NCBI GenBank assembly: GCA_020636935.1
Contig: JACJWW010000010.1
Span: forward strand, 10,826-74,825
Origin: Nocardioidaceae bacterium
GTDB lineage: Bacteria > Actinomycetota > Actinomycetes > Propionibacteriales > Nocardioidaceae
Direction of reading: 5' to 3'
DNA: 64,000 bases
Each line of letters starts with the position of its first letter. The first letter of the stretch is position 1. Under the pieces are notes generated by a model that saw only the letters and a list, made by a program, of their open reading frames with translations, made no database searches and was not told where the DNA came from. Position numbers and translations under genes: made by a program. Of this stretch, positions 1 to 9,670 are shown piece after piece.

Positions 1-762
1 GGTCGTGGTCTTGCCCGAGCCCGTGCCGCCAGAGATCACCATGTTGAGTCGCCCGCGCACACAGGCGTCCAGGAAGTCACGTGAAGCAGGGGAGAGCGTC
101 CCGAAGCTGACGAGATCATCAGCAGTCAGCGGGTCGGTGGCAAATTTGCGGATTGTGAGCAGCGAGCCATCCAAGGCGATCGGCGGCACCACTGCGTTGA
201 TCCGGGACCCGTCTGGGAGGCGGGCATCCACCATCGGGCTGGCTTCGTCGACCCGTCGACCGATCCGGCCCACGATCTTGTCGATCGTGCGCCGCAGATG
301 CGCCTCGCTGGTGAAGGTGATGTCGGCGCGGAAGAGTCGTCCACTGCGCTCGACGTAGATGGTGTCGGGCCCATTGACCATGATCTCGGAGACCTCGGGA
401 TCGCGCAGGAAGGGCTCCAGGGGGCCGTGACCGAGGATGTCGTCACTGACTTCTTGGATCACCCTCGTGCGATCAGACTTCGACAGGGGCGTCTCTTCGG
501 TTTCGATCACCTCTTGGAGGGTCTCGCGTACGGCGGTGGCGAGCTCATCTTCAGGTAGATGCGGGTCATACAACTGCGGGCCCAAAGAGTCGATCAGGGC
601 TTGATGCACGCGCTCCTTGACGCCTGCATTGGCGCGGGGTTCGGTACGCAACGGCTGGACTGGCTTCGACGCTGGCTCACTGTCGGGCGCAGTCGGCTGT
701 TGGGGTGCAGTTGGCTCTTGATGACCGCGCGCCTTGTTGAGGCGATCACTGAGGCTGCTCAT
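1..762 (-). CDS. cpaF: CpaF/TadA Flp pilus assembly ATPase (3' end runs off the window)
   Basis: My own minus-strand translation from ATG 762, which overlaps the cpaE stop: ...GHGPLEPFLRDPEVSEIMVNG...RRVDEASPMVDARLPDGSRINAVVPPIALDG...TIRKF...ISGGTGSGKTT (Walker A at the edge). Absent from the ORF track because it has no stop in the window. Confidence 0.93.
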   Translation of the reverse strand, partial: MSSLSDRLNKARGHQEPTAPQQPTAPDSEPASKPVQPLRTEPRANAGVKERVHQALIDSLGPQLYDPHLPEDELATAVRETLQEVIETEETPLSKSDRTRVIQEVSDDILGHGPLEPFLRDPEVSEIMVNGPDTIYVERSGRLFRADITFTSEAHLRRTIDKIVGRIGRRVDEASPMVDARLPDGSRINAVVPPIALDGSLLTIRKFATDPLTADDLVSFGTLSPASRDFLDACVRGRLNMVISGGTGSGKTTT

Positions 763-1937
763 CGCCGCCACCCGCTGATCAGCGCCCGCTTGTGGGTTGG
801 CTTCGCCTTGGCATCACGCACGGGGTCACCCATCCGGTTGCGGATGTGTTGGTCGGCGATGATTCTCAATGCCTCGGCGACGGCGCCCTTGGGCTGGTCA
901 ACCACGATCGGTACGCCGCGATTGGTCGAGGCAGGGACTTCCATGTCGTAGGGCACACTGACTGCGATCGGGATGCCAAGCACTTGCACGACATCTTGCG
1001 GGGTCAACCCGACCTTGGTGTCTGCGCGATTGAGCACCAGGGCTCGGGCCTCCGCGTCGCCGCCCAGCGCATCGAGCGTGGTGATCGCGACCTTGAGGTT
1101 TTTCAGTGCTGGGATGTCCAGCGTCGCGATCAACAACAACAGGTCACTCTCGTCGATGGCCGACAAGACGTGCTCGGTGAAGGCTGGTGGGGTGTCGATG
1201 ATGATGTACTCATATTGTGATCGGGCGACCCGCAGGAGTTCGGGGATCACTTCGGCAGGGATCCGGTCGGCCACACCCGGGTCGTCTGGCGCGGCCAAGA
1301 TGTCCAGTCCGGTGCTGGGTTGTTGCTCCACCGCCGACTCAAGACCTTGCACGTCGAGATGGCCGATCATGTCGACCAGGTCGCCGATTGACCCGCCTGG
1401 ATCGCGCTGCAAACTGATCGCCACATCGCCAAACATCAAGTCGAGATCAATCAGGAGCGTGCGGCATCCGGATGCTGCGAGGTGAGTGGAGAGATTGGTC
1501 GACAAAGTGGTCTTACCGACCCCGCCTTTGGCTGAAAAGACCGTGACCACCCGGCCCTTGCCCGGGGTGCTCTCCGGCGTACCAGAGAGGTGTGCGCTCA
1601 GGGTACGGCTGCGGGCGATCGCCTCGGAGAGTGCCGTGTGGTCTCCAGCTTGGACCACCTCGCGCATCCCGCTGCGCAGGGCCTCAGACAATGCTGAGAC
1701 CTCAAGTCGCTGCCGGATCAAGATCACGCCGAGCTCCGGTCGTGCCATCCGCTCACGCTGGGCCAGCTGGCAGGCTTCGGCCAGAGGCACGTCGGGGCCA
1801 ATCAAGACCAGTTGATGCCCGCCGTCCTGCAGAGCCCGACTCAAGCGCGGACCACTGGTGTGATGCTCGATGCCATCGCCCAAGGTGATCCGGTAGGTGT
1901 CGGCGGCGTTTGGGGAAAGCTCCCACAGCAAGGTCAT
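759..1937 (-). CDS. cpaE: CpaE/TadZ pilus localisation ATPase (receiver-like N-terminus plus MinD/ParA-type ATPase)
   Basis: VFSAKGGVGKTT deviant Walker A, LIDLDLMFGD, IIIDTPP; lies between cpaB and cpaF. Confidence 0.88.
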   Translation of the reverse strand: MTLLWELSPNAADTYRITLGDGIEHHTSGPRLSRALQDGGHQLVLIGPDVPLAEACQLAQRERMARPELGVILIRQRLEVSALSEALRSGMREVVQAGDHTALSEAIARSRTLSAHLSGTPESTPGKGRVVTVFSAKGGVGKTTLSTNLSTHLAASGCRTLLIDLDLMFGDVAISLQRDPGGSIGDLVDMIGHLDVQGLESAVEQQPSTGLDILAAPDDPGVADRIPAEVIPELLRVARSQYEYIIIDTPPAFTEHVLSAIDESDLLLLIATLDIPALKNLKVAITTLDALGGDAEARALVLNRADTKVGLTPQDVVQVLGIPIAVSVPYDMEVPASTNRGVPIVVDQPKGAVAEALRIIADQHIRNRMGDPVRDAKAKPTHKRALISGWRR

Positions 1938-2683
1938 CGCGCACCTCCTGAGGCCTGGTTCACGTTGAGATCGTTGATCTGCTCGCCTTGTCTGACTTGG
2001 GCGTCGGTGCCACGAAGGCCGGCATAGATCGAGCCGGTCTGGATGCCGTGCACCAGGCGCACAGAGTCGCTGGGAGTGACCGCCACCGTGATCGTGACGG
2101 TGCTGCTGGAGCCACTGGCTGCCTCAGCTGGGTTTGCGTCCTGGCCCATCAGCGGTTGGGCGCCCACCGCGATCACCAAGACATCATCTAGGAGCACAGA
2201 GGTGCTCTTGATATTTCGATTGCCTGGCGCCTCAACAGTGTTGTAGATCGCGACATGGCTGCCTGGAGTGACGAAGCTGCCCACCTTGCTGGCGTCACCG
2301 AGTTGCAATGAGATGCTCACCATGCCTTCGGGCACCGTGATTGCGCTCTTGCCAGTCGGAGTGTCTGCGAAGCGTGCAGCCAGCAGATATTCACCCGGAG
2401 CGATATCACTCGTGGCCACCAGGCTGGCATTTGTGGAGCTGATCTCCTCAAGGGCGCCCGCTGGGCGAGCCTTGCTGGGCACCATGGTTTCCCTGATCAG
2501 ACCCTTCTTGCGCGCCTCCTCCAACGGTGTCCCGGCAGGCACCGCTTGCACGGCGGTCCACACGGTCTCTGGAGTAGAACTCGCAAGGGCGCGACCGTCG
2601 GCGCCTCGGGTGTAGAGCACCACCATGACTGCCCCCAGCAGGGCAAGGACGATGGCCGAAGTGATGGCAATCTTGCGTTTCAT
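1934..2683 (-). CDS. cpaB: CpaB/RcpC Flp pilus assembly protein (SAF domain)
   Basis: N-terminal TM, SAF-like VPAGT...IAPGE, VGSFVTPGSHVAIY, VLLDDVLVIAVG, ITVAVTP. Confidence 0.88.
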   Translation of the reverse strand: MKRKIAITSAIVLALLGAVMVVLYTRGADGRALASSTPETVWTAVQAVPAGTPLEEARKKGLIRETMVPSKARPAGALEEISSTNASLVATSDIAPGEYLLAARFADTPTGKSAITVPEGMVSISLQLGDASKVGSFVTPGSHVAIYNTVEAPGNRNIKSTSVLLDDVLVIAVGAQPLMGQDANPAEAASGSSSTVTITVAVTPSDSVRLVHGIQTGSIYAGLRGTDAQVRQGEQINDLNVNQASGGAR

Positions 2684-2734
2684 GTCTACCTGGCTTTCGG
2701 TGTGTTGCTGCAGGTTTGGTTTGTGGAGTTGTGG

Positions 2735-4012
2735 TCAGCCAGCTGGCAGGGTGGTGTAGGTGCCGTAGTCGGCACCGGTGATCGGAGCCTTGATCGTCTT
2801 GGCGTCCAGCTCGCCTTTGAGGAACCAACCTGAGATGCAGCGTCCAGACCCGCTACACGGCATCGAGCCAGTGCGGGTGCTGGCCATTTGTTGGCTTCCT
2901 CCGATCTTGTAGCCACTCATGTAGAACTTCGCCCAGCCGGCGATGTAGTAATAGGACTTTGAGCCGTGACCCGAGCTGCAATTTGAGAAGTTGGTCGGCG
3001 GGCCGGTTGGCGCCGAACCCGAGCTGACCAAGCAGCTGAAGACCGGCAGGTCGAGTACCTTGCCGCGCAGATTGGGGAAGGCGGAGGTGCAATTGCCGGG
3101 TGCTGAGTTGCCGGTGCTGATCTTCACCCAACCGTCAGTGCTGACATTGGCTTGGCAACTGCTGCCAGAAACTGGGTCGAGATAGCCGAACCCACCAGGG
3201 GCATCCTTGTTGTTGACTGCACAGTCATGCCCAGTGCTCTGGTTGGGCGAGTGCAACCAGATGGTGACTTCCTGGTTGGCTGCAGGCCAAGCAGGTTGGC
3301 CAGAACCGCCATACCCGGGGAAGGCCCCAGAGGGCGGATTGGTCACCCAACCAGCGCCGGAGTTCATGTAGTACTCCCACTCGCAGTGGGAGAAGGTCAC
3401 CGGGATGCTGCCTGTGGAGTAGTTCCCGGCTGCTCCCCAGGCGTAGCGAGAGCAGGCCTTGACGTTGACGCCTTCCTGTCCGGTGATGGTTTGACCGAAG
3501 TCGAAGGGCAGGATCGATCCGGAGGCAGTCTTGGTCGAGGAGTAGACCTCCACATAGGGCACCGATGAGTTGCTGCCCTTGAGCCAACTCGGCAAGGGGG
3601 TGCACTCACGCAGATCGCTCACGCTCGCATCCGAGGTGGCCGAGTTGCAGGTGGGCAGCGACCCGCCAGTGTTGCGGCCGCAAAGCCCGCCGCCGTACTT
3701 GCTGGTGTCGAGCTTGGTCAACCCGTCATTGGCGTTTTGGCCCATGAGTTCAGTGAGTGCTCCTGCCTGGCTGGAGTTGCAGGCGGCTGGGTTCTTGGCG
3801 CAGGTGAGGGTCAGGGCTCGGGAGGCAGCATCGGCGCCGTTTTGGAGTTGGCGACGCTCCCAGAGCGCTTTGCCGACATCGGCCGACAAGGCCAGGGTGC
3901 TCAACACGATGCCACCGGCAAACAGGATCACTATGATGGTGGCCACTGCGCCATGTTCGTTGCGACGGCTGGGCGCATTGCGACGGCTGGGAGTTAGCTT
4001 GATTTGGCGCAT
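2735..4012 (-). CDS. TadG-like pseudopilin with large Cys-rich extracellular domain
   Basis: EHG|AVATIIVILF prepilin-like N-terminus and LSADVG...ERRQLQNGADAA Tad motif; ATG 4012 overlaps the tadE stop (GTG 4021 is an alternative). Confidence 0.8.
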   Translation of the reverse strand: MRQIKLTPSRRNAPSRRNEHGAVATIIVILFAGGIVLSTLALSADVGKALWERRQLQNGADAASRALTLTCAKNPAACNSSQAGALTELMGQNANDGLTKLDTSKYGGGLCGRNTGGSLPTCNSATSDASVSDLRECTPLPSWLKGSNSSVPYVEVYSSTKTASGSILPFDFGQTITGQEGVNVKACSRYAWGAAGNYSTGSIPVTFSHCEWEYYMNSGAGWVTNPPSGAFPGYGGSGQPAWPAANQEVTIWLHSPNQSTGHDCAVNNKDAPGGFGYLDPVSGSSCQANVSTDGWVKISTGNSAPGNCTSAFPNLRGKVLDLPVFSCLVSSGSAPTGPPTNFSNCSSGHGSKSYYYIAGWAKFYMSGYKIGGSQQMASTRTGSMPCSGSGRCISGWFLKGELDAKTIKAPITGADYGTYTTLPAG

Positions 4013-4401
4013 CAGCTGCACCTCATGACGGCTTGGGACGAGAAGCTATTGGGCAGGGCGCTGTCTGCATTGAACATCCGAAGGGCCGGCCCCAGGATCA
4101 CCCAGTTGAAGGGTGTTGAGCTGGTCACCGTGGTCGAGCTGCCCGCACCGCCACACATGGTGGCGTTCGTGGTGACTGTGATTGTCGGTGCCGCAGCAGA
4201 CGCACGGGTGCGTACGTCGGACAGCGTCGCCTCATTGATGATCGCCGTACGCGCCCCTTCGCGGGAGGCATTGGTCAACATGACCTCGGTGTACATCGCG
4301 CGACCGAAGTCGACGATCCCGCCGATCAGCAAGATCAACACCGGCAGGATCAGCGCAAACTCGACTGCGGCTGCGCCGCTGTCATTGCGCTTTGGTCCCA
4401 T
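4012..4401 (-). CDS. tadE: TadE family pseudopilin
   Basis: DSG|AAAVEFALILPVLILLIGGIVDFG...NASREGAR. Confidence 0.9.
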   Translation of the reverse strand: MGPKRNDSGAAAVEFALILPVLILLIGGIVDFGRAMYTEVMLTNASREGARTAIINEATLSDVRTRASAAAPTITVTTNATMCGGAGSSTTVTSSTPFNWVILGPALRMFNADSALPNSFSSQAVMRCS

Positions 4402-4418
4402 GGTGTTTCCTGACTGTG

Positions 4419-4478
4419 CTGGGGTGGAAGTGCTTGGGCGGAATGTGACTGGGTCGAGAGTGTTCGGGGTGAAAGTGC
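4419..4478. repeat. Four degenerate 15-bp tandem repeats in the flp-tadE spacer
   Basis: ctggggtggaagtgc / ttgggcggaatgtga / ctgggtcgagagtgt / tcggggtgaaagtgc. Confidence 0.6.
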
Positions 4479-4489
4479 CTAGATGTGCG

Positions 4490-4530
4490 TAGTGGGGGGC
4501 TGTGAGCCAATGCCCATCAGCCCCCCACTA
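4490..4530 (-). terminator. Stem-loop directly after flp pilin gene (terminator or mRNA stabiliser)
   Basis: 13-bp inverted repeat tagtggggggctg...cagccccccacta. Confidence 0.7.
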
Positions 4531-4539
4531 GGCGCTCGA

Positions 4540-4728
4540 TCAGGCTGTGCCGCCACCTGCGGGGACGCTGCCGGCGACATCTTCGAAGATGCCGTTGAGG
4601 TTGCCACCCAGCAGGGTGACTGCGGCGATGATCACGGCTGCGATCAGAGCGATCATCAAGCCGTACTCGACGGCGGTGGCTCCGGCCTCATTGCGGAGCA
4701 TCTGGAGACGAACGTAGAGCTTGGTCAT
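4540..4728 (-). CDS. flp: Flp family type IVb/IVc major pilin
   Basis: NEAG|ATAVEYGLMIALIAAVII Flp motif, 62 aa. Confidence 0.95.
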   Translation of the reverse strand: MTKLYVRLQMLRNEAGATAVEYGLMIALIAAVIIAAVTLLGGNLNGIFEDVAGSVPAGGGTA

Positions 4729-4786
4729 TGGTCTTGCCTTCCGTGGTTGTTTGGAGATCTGGGGGAGAGCTCCGCTGTTACTAAAA

Positions 4787-4835
4787 AGAGTACCTTCTGT
4801 CCTATTTTGTGCAAGTTGTTTCCAAAAAAAAGTGA
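4787..4835 (-). promoter_or_regulatory. Putative sigma70-type promoter of the tad operon with upstream T-tract
   Basis: Minus strand TTGCAC-N16-TACTCT preceded by TCACTTTTTTTTG in an AT-rich island. Confidence 0.45.
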
Positions 4836-4905
4836 AATATTACTTTCGTGTGGCATGTCGGAAGGATTGACGATGCCAGATCCCTGCTTAGATTCGCGGT
4901 CTGGG

Positions 4906-6078
4906 TCAGCGCGATCTCAGGGCTGTGGCGAGTCTCGCCAAAGCCTCGCCGAGTAACTCTTCGCGCTTGCAAAAGGCCCAGCGCACGAAGGGCGAGCCAG
5001 CCTCAACCTCGGCAAAGAAGCCTTGACTCGGGATCGCAACTACCCGAGCGTGCTCGGCGATCCATCGGCAGAAGTCAGCGCCATTTGCAAACTCCAGTGA
5101 CCGCACATCGGTGTTCACGAAGTAGGTGCCCTGGGCTTCGAATACCTCCAGACCCAGCTCGCGCAGGCCGGTCGACAGCAGGTCTCGCTTGTGTTGCAGG
5201 GAATAGCGCAATCGTTGGTGGAAGCTCTCTTCATTGTTGAGCGCATGCGCAATCGCCGGCTGGAATGGTGCGCCTGACGAATAGGACAGCCAGTTCTTGG
5301 CCCCCTCAACCGCATCGACCAACGAGGCCGGGCCTGTCGCCCAACCGATCTTCCAGCCAGTCAGGGAAAAGCTCTTGCCTGCGCTTGAGATCGTGATTGT
5401 GCGCTCAGTCATCCCAGGCAAGGTGGCAAGAGGTATGTGTGTGTGATCGTCGAAGGTCAGGTGCTCGTAGACCTCATCGCTAACCACGATCAGGTCGTGC
5501 CGGATGGCCAACTCCGCGATCCCAGCCAACTCCGCCCGACTGAACACCCGGCCCGTCGGATTGTGCGGACTATTGCACAAGAGCACTTTGGTTGCCGGGG
5601 TGATCAATTGCTCCAGCGCCTCTAGGTCAACAGTGAAGTCAGGTGCTCTCAAGGTGATTGATCGGCGTACGCCGCCAGCAAACGCGATCATCGCGGGATA
5701 GCTGTCATAGGCGGGGTCGATGGTGATCACCTCATCGTCAGGGTCAACCAGAGCCAGGATTGAAGCCGCAATCGCTTCGGTGGCCCCGGTTGTGACAACG
5801 ACCTGATCCGTGCCCAATTCCTGTCCGTAGTGCCTGGCTTGGTGTGCTCGAATCGCCTCGATCAGGACAGGGTTTCCATGACCGGGCGGATATTGGTTTA
5901 GGCCACCGCGCATTGCCTGCGCCGCAACCTCGATCACGCTGTTGGGGCCGGACTCGTCAGGGAAGCCTTGGCCCAGGTTGATCGAGTTGGTATGGGTGGC
6001 CAGAGCTGACATTTCAGCGAAGATGGTTGACCCGTAGCCGGACAAACGCATTGCTGCCGCTCTGTGCTGATGGTTCAT
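4906..6078 (-). CDS. PLP-dependent class I/II aminotransferase (DapC/YbdL-like)
   Basis: STIFAEMSALA...INLGQGFPD, NSPHNPTG, SDEVYEHL, SSAGKSFSLTGWKIG; start re-called at ATG 6078 because the longer ORF overlaps the sortase antisense. Confidence 0.9.
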   Translation of the reverse strand: MNHQHRAAAMRLSGYGSTIFAEMSALATHTNSINLGQGFPDESGPNSVIEVAAQAMRGGLNQYPPGHGNPVLIEAIRAHQARHYGQELGTDQVVVTTGATEAIAASILALVDPDDEVITIDPAYDSYPAMIAFAGGVRRSITLRAPDFTVDLEALEQLITPATKVLLCNSPHNPTGRVFSRAELAGIAELAIRHDLIVVSDEVYEHLTFDDHTHIPLATLPGMTERTITISSAGKSFSLTGWKIGWATGPASLVDAVEGAKNWLSYSSGAPFQPAIAHALNNEESFHQRLRYSLQHKRDLLSTGLRELGLEVFEAQGTYFVNTDVRSLEFANGADFCRWIAEHARVVAIPSQGFFAEVEAGSPFVRWAFCKREELLGEALARLATALRSR

Positions 6079-6126
6079 CCCCGCATTATCGCGCCCTGTC
6101 TTGCCTGCTTCTGTGACAATGGCCAG

Positions 6127-6804
6127 ATGGCCGAACCCAAGCGAAGTAGGTCGCTGCTCTGGTGGGTGGGGATCTTGCTGATCCTCGCCGGAGTCGGCCT
6201 GCTCGCTTGGGTTGGCTGGCAGTTCTACGGCACCAACTGGGTGGCGAAGGGGAAGCAGCGAGAGGCCGTCACCTCCTTGGAGCGAAGTTGGCAACAGGCC
6301 AGCGACCCGAAGCAATTGCGTCCGAAGAATGTCGCGATCGGCAATCCTTCTGCGCTGATCCGGATCCCGAAGTTTGGTGCCGACTATGTGATGCCGGTCT
6401 TTGAAGGTGTCGGCGATGACGTCTTGGCCAAGGGTTATGGCCATTTCGCGGGCGAGGGGAGCGCCAACCCAGGCCAAGTCGGCAACTATGCCTTGGCAGC
6501 CCATCGGGTCACCCACGGCGAGCCACTGCGGCGGATGCCGATCCTGCGTCCCGGAGACGAGGTCATCGTGGAGACAGTCGACAAGATCTTCAGCTATCAA
6601 CTCGACACCAACCCAAATGATCTGATCGTGCCCTTCACTGAAGGCTGGGTGGTTGACCCGGTGCCCAAGAACCCAAAGCCAGGTGGAGTGGGGCCAGCCC
6701 CTGGCCACGACCGGCTGATCACCTTGACCACCTGCTCGGAGCTCTTCCACACCGATGGACGCATGGTCGCCTTCGGTCATCTGGTGTCTGCCAAGACCAA
6801 ATAG
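6127..6804 (+). CDS. Sortase, class E-like
   Basis: N-terminal TM, NYALAAHRVTHG (His), LITLTTC (Cys), GRMVAFG (Arg). Confidence 0.9.
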   Translation: MAEPKRSRSLLWWVGILLILAGVGLLAWVGWQFYGTNWVAKGKQREAVTSLERSWQQASDPKQLRPKNVAIGNPSALIRIPKFGADYVMPVFEGVGDDVLAKGYGHFAGEGSANPGQVGNYALAAHRVTHGEPLRRMPILRPGDEVIVETVDKIFSYQLDTNPNDLIVPFTEGWVVDPVPKNPKPGGVGPAPGHDRLITLTTCSELFHTDGRMVAFGHLVSAKTK

Positions 6805-6873
6805 GCTCGCCGCCGAAGTTGTCACAACCCAAGCCGGGTCAGGTTGGGCCAGCTGCGACTCTAGGATGTGGGC

Positions 6874-7404
6874 GTGACTTCAGATCCAGACTTGGCCCGT
6901 GACGTCGATGCCTGCTGCCGCTTGACCGGTGAGTTCACGCTACGAAGCGGGCAGGTGGCTACCGAATACTTCGACAAATATCTCTTCGAAGCTGACCCGG
7001 GCCTGCTGGCTCGCGTGGTTGAGCAGATGATCGGCCTGGTGCCAGAGGGCACCGAGTTGCTGGGTGGTCTGGAGCTGGGCGGCGTGCCAATCGCAACCGT
7101 GCTGTCTGCGCGCACGTCCTTGCCGGCGCTCTTCGTGCGCAAGCAGGCGAAGACCTACGGCACCTGCAAACTCGCGGAAGGTCAGTCAGTGGCCGGCAGA
7201 AGAGTCACCTTGGTCGAAGACGTGATCACCACAGGTGGTGCCGTGCGGGATGCGACCTCTGCCCTGAGGGCTGAAGGAGCCATCGTCGAGACAGTGATCT
7301 GTGCGATCGATCGCAGCCCCGAGGGTGAGAATCCGTTGGCTGACGTCGGCCTTGAGGTGCGGCCGGTGTTGACCAAAGCCATGCTTGATCAAGCCAGAGG
7401 CTGA
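6874..7404 (+). CDS. pyrE: Orotate phosphoribosyltransferase
   Basis: FTLRSG...YFDKY, FVRKQAKTYGT, LVEDVITTGG PRPP motif; TAGGAT 6 nt upstream suggests a leaderless start. Confidence 0.92.
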   Translation: MTSDPDLARDVDACCRLTGEFTLRSGQVATEYFDKYLFEADPGLLARVVEQMIGLVPEGTELLGGLELGGVPIATVLSARTSLPALFVRKQAKTYGTCKLAEGQSVAGRRVTLVEDVITTGGAVRDATSALRAEGAIVETVICAIDRSPEGENPLADVGLEVRPVLTKAMLDQARG

Positions 7405-7410
7405 TTTGCC

Positions 7411-8079
7411 TCAGCTGTTGGCTTGATTTTCACGACGGTGCCGCAACCATTCGATGGCTACCGGCACCAGGGACAGGGCGACGATGAGGATGATCACGAT
7501 GTCGATCTTGTCTCCCAGCCAAGGGAAGGCCGTGCCGAGGAAATAGCCCGCCAGGGTGACCGAGGAGACCCACAACACCGCGCCGACGGCACTGTAGGTG
7601 ACGAATTTGGTGCGGGTCATCTCCGAGACGCCTGCGATCACCGTGACGAAGGTGCGCACGATTGGCACGAAGCGACCGATGATCAACGCCGGCGCACCGT
7701 GCTTTTCGAAGAACTCGTGTGACTTCACGAAGTATTCCTTCTTGATGATCCTGCCCTCGTGTCGCAGGATCGGGGGGCCGAGCTTGCGGCCGATCTCATA
7801 GCCCATCACATTGCCCAGCAAGGCCGCAGTGATGAAGGAGAGCAGGACCACCACGATGTCAACGACTTCTCCTCGGCCGGTGATCTCCAAGGCACCCGAG
7901 GCCACGAACAGGCCGATCGCAAAAAGGAGGCTGTCGCCGGGGAGGATCGGGAAGAACAACCCACACTCCACCACGACGATGGCCAGGCTGACCCAGAAGA
8001 AGGCGGTGCCGTAGTGGTCGAGGAGCCACTGCGGATCCATCCAGTCAAGGCCGAAGAGAAGAGGATGCCAGAAGTTCAC
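7411..8079 (-). CDS. DedA/VTT family membrane protein
   Basis: ECGLFFPILPGDSLLF, GRFVPIVRTF. Confidence 0.9.
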   Translation of the reverse strand: MNFWHPLLFGLDWMDPQWLLDHYGTAFFWVSLAIVVVECGLFFPILPGDSLLFAIGLFVASGALEITGRGEVVDIVVVLLSFITAALLGNVMGYEIGRKLGPPILRHEGRIIKKEYFVKSHEFFEKHGAPALIIGRFVPIVRTFVTVIAGVSEMTRTKFVTYSAVGAVLWVSSVTLAGYFLGTAFPWLGDKIDIVIILIVALSLVPVAIEWLRHRRENQANS

Positions 8080-8171
8080 GCCGCAGAGCCTACTGTGCTG
8101 CACCACGCGCTGGCTCATGCCCGATGGCAGTGGGCTAGCGTGAAGATGAGGCAATCGAGGAGGAGATCGTG

Positions 8172-8981
8172 ATGAGTCAAGACGCAAGGTCCGTCTTCGT
8201 GACCGGCGCCGGTGGCGGGTTGGGTACGGCGGTGTGCCAGCGATTCGCCAGTGAAGGGTGGACGGTCTTCGCGGCCGACCTCAAGCCACCTCCAGCAACA
8301 GATCAGATCGTGCCGATCGAGGTCGATGTCACCGATAGCGATTCGGTTGAAGCTGCCATGGCACAAGTCGATGCGCAGTCTCCCGATGGTTTGGATGCTC
8401 TGGTCGCGATGGCCGGCCTGATGAGTGTTGGGGCTTTGGCGGAGATGCCTGATGACAAGTTGCAACGAGTCGTCAATGTCAACGTGATGGGCACTCACCG
8501 GGTGGTGCGGGCTGGCTTCGAGCGACTACGCAAGAAGACCGGTCGGGTGATCCTGATCAGTTCAGAGACCGGCTGGCAGACCACGATGCCCTTCAACGGC
8601 GCCTACGCGATGACCAAACACGCAGTGGAGTCATATGGTGACGCGCTGCGCAGGGAGTTGGCCATGTTGGGGATGAAGGTCTCGATCGTGCAGCCGGGGC
8701 CCTTCCGCACCAATATGACCGAGTCGATCGGCAAGGAGTTCAAGTCCGCCACGATCACCGGCTCGCCCTTTGAGAAGTTGGGTGCGAAGTTCGGTCCAAC
8801 CGCGGCCAAGGAGCACGGCAAGGCCCACGACCCCGCGATCTTGGCCCAGGTCATCTACGATGCCGCGACCAACGCCCGGCCCAAGGTGCGCTATCCGATC
8901 AAGAACGACCCCACTCGATCGATGCTGAGCAAGCTGCCGACGGTGGTGGTCGACAAACTCCTGGCCCAACTGTTGCGTTGA
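8172..8981 (+). CDS. Short-chain dehydrogenase/reductase
   Basis: TGAGGGLG, YAMTK (YxxxK). Confidence 0.9.
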   Translation: MSQDARSVFVTGAGGGLGTAVCQRFASEGWTVFAADLKPPPATDQIVPIEVDVTDSDSVEAAMAQVDAQSPDGLDALVAMAGLMSVGALAEMPDDKLQRVVNVNVMGTHRVVRAGFERLRKKTGRVILISSETGWQTTMPFNGAYAMTKHAVESYGDALRRELAMLGMKVSIVQPGPFRTNMTESIGKEFKSATITGSPFEKLGAKFGPTAAKEHGKAHDPAILAQVIYDAATNARPKVRYPIKNDPTRSMLSKLPTVVVDKLLAQLLR

Positions 8982-9670
8982 GCGAGCATCAAGACCAACC
9001 CGACTCCGGTGAGCGGGCGCCATACGACCCGATGCCCTACGGTCCGACCGAAGTGGGTCTGGGTCCGTGGGAGGGCCCTTGGCCCCAGGGCCAGGAGTAC
9101 GACGAGCAACTCCTGCGTGACGGAGACCGCCGCAATGTGGTCGACCGCTATCGCTATTGGTCGATGGAGGCGATCATCGCCGACCTCGACACCAGGCGTC
9201 ACGACTTCCATGTGGCCATCGAAAACTGGCAACATGACTTCAATATCGGCACCATCGTGCGCTCTGCCAATGCCTTCATGGCCAAGGAGGTGCACATCGT
9301 GGGCAACCGCCGGTGGAACCGCCGCGGGGCCATGGTGACCGATCGCTATCAGCATGTTCGTCACCACGAGACGGCTGCTGGCCTTGCCGACTACCTGCAC
9401 TCGATCGGCGTACGCCTGCTCGGCATCGACAATCTGCCGGGCAGTGAGCATCTGGAGACCATGGACTTGCCCCGCAGGGTTTGCTTCCTGTTTGGTCAAG
9501 AGGGCCCGGGGCTATCACCAGCAGCCAGACAAGCCTGTGATGGCACCTTCTCGATTGCGCAGTTCGGCTCGACGCGGTCGATCAATGCCTCTGCGGCTGG
9601 CGCGATCGCGATGCACACGTGGATCGTCAAGTACGCCGATCTGAGTCACGACGAAGTGTGGCGGGGCTAA
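8978..9670 (+). CDS. TrmH/SpoU family RNA methyltransferase
   Basis: NWQHDFNIGTIVRSANAF, FGQEGPGLS, RSINASAA. Confidence 0.9.
   Translation: MSEHQDQPDSGERAPYDPMPYGPTEVGLGPWEGPWPQGQEYDEQLLRDGDRRNVVDRYRYWSMEAIIADLDTRRHDFHVAIENWQHDFNIGTIVRSANAFMAKEVHIVGNRRWNRRGAMVTDRYQHVRHHETAAGLADYLHSIGVRLLGIDNLPGSEHLETMDLPRRVCFLFGQEGPGLSPAARQACDGTFSIAQFGSTRSINASAAGAIAMHTWIVKYADLSHDEVWRG

Noticed and set aside
6079-6825. 639-aa version of the aminotransferase ORF as a fusion protein
   Set aside because: The extension is the antisense shadow of the sortase; family similarity begins near ATG 6078
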